This document shows positions 19,201-25,126 of a stretch of DNA of 25,126 bases, piece by piece. The position numbers were made by a program, and so were the translations under genes. Every line of letters starts with the position of its first letter. Position 1 is the stretch's first letter. The notes beneath the pieces were generated by a model. It did no database searches, was not told the origin of the DNA, and saw nothing but the letters and a program-made list of their open reading frames with translations. Source of the DNA: Octopus sinensis (Eukaryota); the NCBI RefSeq assembly GCF_006345805.1, contig NW_021836204.1, positions 1 through 25,126 of the forward strand, in the 5' to 3' direction.

Positions 19201-19914
19201 AACGAAGAAAAGCAAATACTCAAAGCAAATCAACCACCCACTGCCAGTGCAGTGGAAAGCGATGCTCCAGAGGCGAAGAGAGAAACTGACGATCTGGATG
19301 ATGTAAGAGATGAAATTGAAATCGTCTACAGTGTAAAAACAGAAGATATCAACGAATTTAAGGGAGAAATGGAAACTGTGACTGGAATGGGAGTTACGAG
19401 TGGGGAAACACTGGAAGAAATTAATGCGAATGAAAATACAAGTGGAAAAATAGACCTCCCTGTCGGAGAAATAGAGCGTGACATAGACGATGAAGAAAAG
19501 AAAGAAGGACAAGAAAAAGAAGAAAAAGAGAGTGAAGAGTTGGTAGTGATAGGGTCAACTGATGTCGTCGTGGTAGCAGGAGAGAAAGAAGAAGAAAGAG
19601 AAGAGGAGTCGTTAGAGAAGGAGGAAAGCCAGATAGAAAAGGTCGAAGCAGAAGAGGCAATGGTAATGTTGTCAGAGGAAAAACAGAAAGAAGACGAGAA
19701 GGGCAAAGAAATTGTGATTTCAGAAAATCTACCGATTGATAATGAAAACACATTGAGTTCAGTTTCTATGCTTGAAGTAAACAAGTTAGGGGAAAGAGAG
19801 GAAAACCTTTTAACAAAGAAAGGCGTGTCAAAAGTAACAATACCTTCTTCAGAAGCGCTCCTTCATTTGTTCAGTCATGTGCTTCTGTTGACACCAATGA
19901 AAAAGAAGCAATAA
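10144..19914 (+). CDS. giant acidic disordered protein, segment 2 (12-aa and 24-aa tandem arrays); real frame probably switches at about 19856
   Basis: 3256-codon ORF including long non-repetitive stretches. The listed GTG start is internal to the 30-bp repeat. The last about 19 residues (LLHLFSHVLLLTPMKKKQ) look out of frame. Confidence 0.85.
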   Translation: MAKNEEIEKDMWAKTEEIEKDAAKTEEIEKDIERIEERERDVVSEEIEKEVVTTEERQKDAIFEENEKVVKRIEKEGEKAAIITEKEKEEIIEEDVKEQKIETEESINNHVSSDGENVVVRNGNSQRDKDLIGAYTEKNVEQECDVSGTAEKPLSLLNYIQSSSTMAENKVEPHVTSDQLCEKPDLTATDIYSSEDSSSRAGKHESTLLSNEDKVLPDKKDNVSSQSFPSAASLPSHSSYFEEKQLDKEKEEPKPESNSSDPLSSEVKMDSKNDNTDSSENKKDISDSVAPKITRQPEFSRWGAFLPKPYSKTSQQPFKKFSQFFLGKSKSAAKLSSDSSPQLQSTSSTTTNSAIPPTLRTDSSLPLLPSQIATSSPRHANQQLQSQEQISTPLHPQHTLSSSSIPQSKISSVELSPSLSAAPSPPQAEIMTTASSVTLDTVQLDALKKETSVTLHEVPSVTPDKKLPEVPSITLSEKLPEVPSVTLDEKLPEVPSVTLDEKLPEVQSVTLNEKLPDVPSVTLDEKLPEVPSVTSDKKLPEVPSVTLDEKLPEVPSVTLDEKLPEVQSVTLNEKLPEVPSVTLDEKLPEVPSVTLDKKLPEVPSVTLDEKLPEVPSVTLDEKLPEVQSVTLNEKLPEVPSVTLDEKLPDVPSVTLDKKLPEVPSVTLDEKLPEVPSVTLDEKLPEVQSVTLNEKLPDVPSVTLDEKLPEVPSVSLDEKLSEVPSVTLDEKLPEVPSVTLDETLPEVQSVTLSEKLPELPSVTLDEKLPEVPSVTLDEKLPEIPSVTLNEKLPEVPSVTLDEKLPEVPSVTLDEKLPEVPSVTLDEKLPEIPSVTLDEKLPEVQSVTLSEKLPKLPSVTLDEKLPEVPSVALDEKLPEVQSVTLSEKLPELPSVTLDEKLPEVPSVTLDEKLPEVPSVTLDEKLPEVPSVTLDEKLPEVPSVTLDEKLPEVPSVTLDEKLPEVPSVTLDEKLPEVPSVTLDEKLPEVPSVTLDEKLPEVPSVTLDKKLPEVPSVTLDEKLPEVPSVTLDEKLPEVPSVTLDEKLPEVQSVTLSEKLPELPSVTLDEKLPEVPSESLDEKLPEVPSVTLNEKLPEVPSVTLDEKLPEVPSVTLDEKLPEVPSVTLDEKLPEVPSVTLDEKLPEVPSVTLDEKLPEVPSVTLDEKLPEVPSVTLDEKLPEVPSVTLNEKLPEVPSVTLDEKLPEVPSVPLDEKLPEVPSVTLDEKLPEVPTVSLDEKLPEVPSVSLDEKLPDVPSVTLDEKLPEVPSVTLDEKLPEVPSVTLDEKLPEVQSVTLDEKLPEIPSVTLGDKLPEVPSVILDEKLPEVVSVTLDEKMPEVPSMPLENKQIEVPSVPQSYSQSEVQAKELTVLQFNALLESTSLNPVEELSVRPTVAVSEAQSLKLSEVPPLVPTPEPSLAPSVTQSVESSLDLSPEVSVESSITVSEVSSLNSSATFPLSQSPSTQTLHSLPPTPPGTMSPMQPETEIPLLTQPSTSPTTSRFFFSSPSTETSSSPTSSLTTLSSHSRATPPTASVEGDSSSVNGNFTIIYQDANHVVQHLSDDMYKTMKQSIKRGRVKELQKIFSAYIYDKDDLHQNKAHYINGGEISDTSWAHTIGTKPIGYKPVESNLNQILRVQNKQNEVQREEKELKTGEEKKELLNYELEQKQQIEITENTFINADVASVPLYSTPDNAMQSGDTIYKTEPNILTNISDTSFNTSEAEEVGLVSERLINVEQQQTEESLSLPSTGFQTTITSDIMYPEQQCRLESMSKINDNIRNESDENSSYEIINTITNNDNSNIDIKSNNDNDLYSNNNDIKGVIETKTDNYVRGEDMTEEVLVVEVNRKVETINDSNVVNEQNSSQINNIHGDDDDDDNNNNNITLGTFSTDEGKTESLLYSRNISESTVTDQEYSNGIRTSGNEEFIVKDIPSETSGESEIVEQQIENQITNKIDANTELEVEAEVGNELSETSVKPIRKEETEQSGREDAEIRKKDLPQSPEKVHNKTNIQELSIFDISKTVRKHKVRKLARIWPPTRYADDEADTYLNFQPWKKENDMNSEKENQNAGGNVEDNETNLLNGTQTHILEDTATVIEKYRPTAQERLRIVNKHIGERTVGVTKGLLPSPDSKVVHETVEVSPPTDTQETLPSVNKEIVYETIEDSPPTVAQETSDREIHETVEVSPSTDLTNFAEISSVKEAEECLETLPAMKSETIMKACDEPLFKKTEESITFLKKEDADDVKEITSATKDEENFVPDKRVADVHSLNDSEITGKIIKTEQSRRPSVQERLRIVNSRITQIRNNIPAQQTEEIILKTNEIAPDTKVPETTDSVTSNTAHGLHEVTPLIQSQGFSTLNTEVAHKSAEVSPPLNTQESILSVSKEVVQDSVEASLPTVTQEAVSSVDSEVVHEVVEVSLPTVTQEALPSVDSEVVHEVVEVSLPTVTQEALPSVDSEVVDETVEVSLPTITQETFPPVDSEVVHEIVEVSPPTVTQETLSSVDSGIVHEVVEVSLPTITQEALPPVDSEVAYEAVEISPPTVTQETIHSVDSEVVHEIVEVSLPTVIQEPVHSVDSEVTHQIVEVSLPTVSQEAVPSVGSEVVDETVEVSLPTVTQEALPSVDREVVHEIVEVSLPTVSQEAVPSVGSEVVDETVEVSLPTVTQEAVPSVDSEVVHEIVEVSLPTVSQEAVPSVDSEVVDETVEVSLPTVTQEAVPSVDSEVVHEIVEVILPTVSQEAVPSVGSEVVDETVEVSLPAVTQEAVPSVDSEVVHEVVEVSPPIVSQEAIPSVDSEVVQEVVEVSLPAVIQEPVHSVDSEVTHQIVEVSLPTVSQEAVPSVDSEVVHEVVEVSLPTATQEALPSGENEVVGETVEVSLSTVTKETPPSLDQVVGEDFEVTPISYEVAPSSVTSENIQVISEMNPPVDIPSDFEVQPVVIPGNDEVLIEKEEGLHASSAMNTEQVERVNVEEDTISLAESISDTIPDKFESIMAYVLQRENSQGSNEIISDHAELPECYKQGSLLSISNEEKQILKANQPPTASAVESDAPEAKRETDDLDDVRDEIEIVYSVKTEDINEFKGEMETVTGMGVTSGETLEEINANENTSGKIDLPVGEIERDIDDEEKKEGQEKEEKESEELVVIGSTDVVVVAGEKEEEREEESLEKEESQIEKVEAEEAMVMLSEEKQKEDEKGKEIVISENLPIDNENTLSSVSMLEVNKLGEREENLLTKKGVSKVTIPSSEALLHLFSHVLLLTPMKKKQ
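11533..14196 (+). repeat. coding 36-bp tandem repeat, 73 units plus one degenerate (DEKLPEVPSVTL)
   Basis: Consensus gatgagaaactgcctgaggtaccatcagtgacatta. 11533-14160 is exactly 73 x 36 nt with no net indel. Confidence 0.97.
16543..16700 (+). repeat. detached degenerate copies of the 72-bp coding repeat
   Basis: EVSPPTDTQETLPSVNKEIVYETI / EDSPPTVAQETSDREIHETV / EVSPST with unit starts at 16543, 16615 and 16675. Confidence 0.75.
17230..18810 (+). repeat. coding 72-bp tandem repeat, 21 units plus one degenerate (EVSLPTVTQEAVPSVDSEVVHEIV)
   Basis: Unit starts from 17230 to 18742 span 21 x 72 nt; the final unit is 69 nt. Confidence 0.95.
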
Positions 19915-22900
19915 AAGACATAGCAACGGACGTTACACCGATAACTACAACAATAGCAACAACAACAACAACCACTACGACAGTAATCGCAACAGCTACA
20001 ACAGATTTGACTCAGAAAGTGTTAAAAAAGTCGGACGAAACAGGAGTGGTGGTGGGAGAAGAAATTACTTTAGTTGAAGCAGAAGATAATATTGTGCCGA
20101 CAATCGCCAGTGAAATACATTCAACTCCAACTAGTGTTGAAAACATACAAACTGTCGTGGTTAGTGGGACATATTTAGGAGACGGTGTTGGTAATAAAGA
20201 AGAGGAAGGGGAGGAAAAGAAAGAAGACGACAAAGAAAAAGAGGAAGGAATAAGTACAGTAGACGGAGAAGAAACGCATTTAAAAGAAGACAATTCTGGC
20301 AGTAATCTCGACCGTGTTTCATACATTCCCTATTATTCAACCAACTCTGAGATGTTAACCCGGCTTAAACAACCACCAGAGGGTAATCAGACACCGCTGA
20401 TAAAAAGTGATTCAACTGCAACAGCAGCAGCTAAAACAACAATAATAACAACAAAGAGCAATGGTACTATATCTACATACCCTGCAGTTACAAATACCGT
20501 CATAACAGAAAGTAGCACAAGTATTAGCCCAGAACACGACACGGGTACGGGAGAGAGATTAGTATACGGATTGAGTTCAGTTGAAAAAACTCAAGGAGAA
20601 AATGTGCGAGAAAATGAATCTGTTGTATTGGCTGCATCGAAAGAGAGTGAAAGCAATAGAGATTTTAACGGCGAGCAAAAAGCGAAATACCCAGGCTCGG
20701 CAACAGTCAGTAGAAGCTCAAGCAGCTGTAGTAGTCTGGGCAGCAATTTTCTTGGAGAGTTTGCCTCCCAAGAGTACAGTGAAGAGAATGTGAAAGCGGA
20801 ACCAACGGTCATCAAAAGCACGAAAGAAACCGAGAAAGAGCAAGTGGTGACCGGAAAACCAGTAAATTTCCTCCGTCGTTTTTTCGAATCAGGGCGATCA
20901 ATTTTCGGTGAGACGAAGAAAACAAGTGACAAGTCTACTGCAGAACCAGTTGAATACATTACGAACGGTACTGTTCACTCTCGACACCTGCAAGATTCAA
21001 ACGGATTACTAAGAGAGCATGAAACAATTGATGCCAACAAAAACAACGACCAAATAACTCGTTGGACGACTCCTGTTACCGCGAATGAACCACTCGCGTC
21101 TCAACCCAATAAGCCAGCTGACGCCGCAAGTTTAACTGGTTACAATGATGCTAGACCCGGAACAGTGGTTGAAGCAAACTTAACCGGTTCAGAAGTTGTG
21201 AATCATGATGTCAGCGGCGATCGGTCTCGTGTTGAGAATTTGAATGCACTTAGTTCATTTGAGAACACTTTTCCAGACTCGGTTGACGTTCAAAATCAGA
21301 CGCAGCGCTCACCAAGCTCAGAATACCCTGAGGAAGAATCGAGGGCAGACTATTTCACTGTTAACAACCCTTTACTGAAAAACAGCACTGAATATGTTGC
21401 CCCTGAAATTCAACAAACTTCTAACCAAATGGTTGCTGCTCCACCATTCAAGAAAGACAATGGAACTGCTGAAGATGTACACGCACATATTAGTACACCT
21501 GTAGAAACTTTACCTTCGAGTGAAATTAATAGGAATGAAAACAATGACCTGTGGACAGTAGAAGACCCAAGTGCAATAAACAAACGTATCAGAGCCGATG
21601 GAGTCATCGACTATGATATTATGCAACCGTTGAAGAATAAATTAATTAACGATGAAACGCTCGAGTCTCAACCAAATATTCTTGCTCAAACCGCTGAAAA
21701 TACATTTTCGGAAAATTCAGTTATTACACAGCAACCAACCCAAGCGGTCATATCAAACACTGAGACCGGTTTGACAACTTCTGAAAATTATAAAACACCA
21801 TCGTCTAGGAATGTTGAAATTTCTAGTCCAGCTATTGTAGAAAGCTTTGTGACATCGGAACGACGTCAAAGCTTTCTGCTTTCGCCCACACTAAATGACG
21901 AAGAAAACGACATTGAAGATGGAAGTATAGCGATAAGTGAACAAAAAAGGGAAGCTTTAATCAAGGGAAACGTACATCGTAGAATCAAAGCATTTGAGGT
22001 GCCGAAAGATACAATCATGAATGTAAATAGCAAGCCAGTTAAATCAAGATCCCGGTCTTCCTTATATGATAGTGCAGGTGAAGGCAGCACTGAATTTTTA
22101 TACGAGAAAGTGAGAAGCGAATTGCGCCCAATACCAGCAAAAAAAATGGTAGAATCTAATTTTATAGAGGAGCACACTACAGATTCAGGACCAGCATATA
22201 TTTCCAAGTTAGACAATGGCTTAGAAACAACAATAACACCTTCTCCGATAATTTATCGAGAAACTTCGAATGTAATTGAAAACCATATTGAGGATAGGCC
22301 AGACGATAATGATTCGGATCATCAGTATAAAGTGGTCAGGTTAACACCATCAACTGGGGAACACAACCAAATAAAGCGCGTTATTTATTGTGAAATCAAC
22401 CGAACAAACATGGAAAATAATACAAACGATACTCATTCATCTGAAAGTGGGGATGAACTCTCCGATAACGAAAACCATCAGATGAAGAAACAGAAAAGGA
22501 TTAATCACCAGTTCATGCCGAATGTAAATAAACCGGAGGCAACTATACTACAAACATCTTCAAATTATGTGTTACGTTCGCAGCCGCCAGAACCTACTGT
22601 TGTTAAAAAGAACCATTCCGAAAATTTTGTAGATTCCGGAACGGGAACCGAAACGGTCAGCTCCGAAGGTGAAGCAGAAACAGTAGAAACTTCGACAGGG
22701 TACAGGTTTATGCCACAAGTCAACTACCAAAAAGCAATTTTGATACCGTCACAAAATACATACGAGCCACCCAAACAGACTATTACGATGGAATATGTAC
22801 AGAAGAATTCTTCCACACCAACCATAGCACGACCGACCACTCTTGTTAAAAATTCATCGAGCATCGAAGCACATAAAATCTATGAATTGAACACAGAACC

Positions 22901-23178
22901 GGAAAGTGTTTCAGCATCCGATGCGGAAGAAGATTTGAGAATCGTCAGGGGAAAATTACTTATCAAAAATGTTATCGATTCGCCGAAAGACGGAGACGAT
23001 TTCGATGACAATATTAATGTGTTTGCTGATGGTTTTCACTTGGATAAAGAAAACCCACTCTACCAAAGTGATCCGGATCTATCCAAGAGAGATGAAAGCG
23101 ATGAAGAATCTGAAACCCAAGAGTGGAATGATGATATTACATTCGAAACTATTGATGAAATTGCTAAAACACACACAG
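19857..23178 (+). CDS. giant acidic disordered protein, segment 3, ending at a phase-1 splice donor
   Basis: The frame of ORF 20007..23207 is open back to 19776 and reads APSFVQSCASVDTNEKEAIKDIATDVTPITTTIATTTTTTTTVIATATTDLTQKVL. It ends ...EIAKTHT-G|gtaagt, so the listed tail GKLVLYYIF is intronic. Confidence 0.8.
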
Positions 23179-23184
23179 GTAAGT
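23179..23184 (+). promoter_or_regulatory. 5' splice donor GTAAGT (phase 1)
   Basis: Perfect consensus CAG|GTAAGT, immediately followed by AT-rich microsatellite DNA. Confidence 0.85.
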
Positions 23185-23306
23185 TAGTCTTATATTATAT
23201 TTTTTAATGATTGAACGTAATTAAACTAAGTTTTCTCATTAAGCATTTTTATACTTTTACACTGTTGAGAGAATATACTCACACATACATATAGACATGA
23301 AAGAGA

Positions 23307-23365
<59 letters not shown>

Positions 23366-23387
23366 ATATATATATATAGATAGATAC

Positions 23388-23418
<31 letters not shown>

Positions 23419-23467
23419 TCTGTATATGTATATACATACATACGCACAAACCTCTGTGGGTGTATAT

Positions 23468-23509
<42 letters not shown>

Positions 23510-23722
23510 ATTATACACATATAAACACATACACGTACATCTATACGGATAACACATATGTTAATTAATGCTTATACATACATTCGTATCTATCTATCTA
23601 TATAAATGTGTGTGTCTGTTTCTCTATCTCTCTCTCTGTTCTTGTGTGTGTGTTATATGTATATATATGATATGTATATATATGTACATGTATATATATA
23701 ATATAGATATATAATATATATA

Positions 23723-23763
<41 letters not shown>

Positions 23764-23959
23764 GTGTGTCTGTACACACACACACACATATACGTATAGG
23801 ACTTAACACCAGGTCGAATCAAAGCTACATATGATATAGGGCTGGGCCTTTGAATTTTATATTATATACATACATACATACACACACACACACATATATT
23901 ATATATGTATATAGGGAGAATAAATGTATATGTGTGTGTCTGTGTGTCTGTGTGTGTAT

Positions 23960-23994
<35 letters not shown>

Positions 23995-24110
23995 TATATA
24001 TATACGTGTGCATATATACATATATACATATTACTTATAGGCATATGTATATGTGTATATGCATATGCATATGAATAAATATATAAATAAACATATATGT
24101 ATATATATGT
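23307..24110. repeat. compound (TA)n/(GATA)n/(GT)n/(CA)n microsatellite field (intronic)
   Basis: Direct reading. Confidence 0.85.
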
Positions 24111-24353
24111 ATATACATTCTTTTTTATTGTTGATAGGGAGAGTCATTCTGTTTTAGTACCTTATTATTTAACACACTCACCGGTTCGATTTCCCACCAC
24201 ACCTTTACTTATTTATATTCCCTAAAATGTTCGTTATTTCTTGCAACCTCTTCAAAAGTCGATGATATATAAGCTGGCATCCCTTTAAGTAGATTTATAT
24301 CCTTGATTTATATGTATAGATGTAAGTATGTACATATACTTATGTACATATTC

Positions 24354-24397
<44 letters not shown>

Positions 24398-24449
24398 AAA
24401 TTTATATTATAATATGATTGAACGCCACACATCCTTTTCCAAGTAAGTT

Positions 24450-24451
<2 letters not shown>

Positions 24452-24498
<47 letters not shown>

Positions 24499-24507
24499 GA
24501 TCTATAC

Positions 24508-24543
<36 letters not shown>

Positions 24544-24662
24544 TATATATATGTGGTGTGTGTGTGTGTGTGTGTGTATTTATAGATATTATATAGTGAG
24601 AGAGAGGGTTAAAGAGAGAGATATATACCTACATACATATACAACACACTCGCACACGCGTG

Positions 24663-24709
<47 letters not shown>

Positions 24710-24722
24710 ACACACACACACA
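24452..24722. repeat. compound (TCTA)n/(TACA)n/(GT)n/(CA)n microsatellites
   Basis: Direct reading. Confidence 0.85.
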
Positions 24723-24930
24723 CATTACGCATACGCATGTGCAGATCATTTTGTGGCAATATGCTTGGAATTAAACAACGCGGGAAGGAAAAAGTGATGG
24801 AAAATTTAACGCATAAAGTTGATTAGCTGTATTTTTTGAAAACCTGCAAACTTAAATGTAGCTCTCTTTCGAAGTAATAAGCTTAAAACAAAAATTTACT
24901 TGCACACTCTTTCACTCACTCTTCCTCTCC

Positions 24931-25009
<79 letters not shown>

Positions 25010-25011
25010 CA

Positions 25012-25076
<65 letters not shown>

Positions 25077-25085
25077 GTCTGTCTA

Positions 25086-25126
<41 letters not shown>
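24931..25126. repeat. (CTAT)n grading into (CTGT)n
   Basis: Direct reading. Confidence 0.95.

Larger units (their letters stand above)
9191..23178 (+). other. putative giant exon (13,988 nt) carrying about 4,630 codons of one acidic repeat-rich protein; gene continues 3' of the window
   Basis: Acceptor at 9190 and CAG|GTAAGT donor at 23178/23179. Coding-like, microsatellite-poor sequence throughout, in contrast to both flanks. The three long ORFs join by single-base corrections. Confidence 0.7.

Noticed and set aside
10077-19914. Cephalopod A-to-I RNA editing as the repair for the broken reading frame
   Set aside because: A-to-I editing substitutes bases and cannot correct indels.
9294-23178. 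Naming the gene titin, giant ankyrin or futsch
   Set aside because: Only compositional analogy; no Ig, Fn3, ankyrin, ZU5 or MAP1 domain is visible in the window.
24221-24260. Minus-strand TTGAAGA-ggttgc...ataac-GAAC-attt-TA hammerhead-like arrangement
   Set aside because: Two essential core positions are altered and helix I is absent.
23185-25126. Next coding exon of the giant gene
   Set aside because: No convincing acceptor plus phase-compatible coding segment; the listed ORFs here are microsatellite translations.

Overview
AT-rich, microsatellite-dense eukaryotic DNA. The repeat repertoire suggests a coleoid cephalopod such as Octopus; this is inference from recalled similarity, not a search. 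Bases 1-9190 are non-coding and contain a decayed autonomous Helitron end with helicase coding sequence missed by the ORF track, a complete non-autonomous Helitron, three tRNA-derived SINEs, hammerhead-ribozyme-like motifs, and a 5'-truncated R4/Dong-clade retrotransposon plus a second element, both inside a (TAA)n tract. The dominant feature is one putative giant exon of about 14 kb (9191-23178, + strand) bounded by a canonical acceptor and a GTAAGT donor. It encodes about 4,630 codons of an acidic, probably disordered protein with 10-, 12- and 24-aa tandem arrays and short basic motif islands. The three long + strand ORFs read as one frame broken by three apparent single-base deletions, probably assembly errors. 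The gene continues beyond the window and I cannot name it. Bases 23179-25126 look like microsatellite-rich intron.
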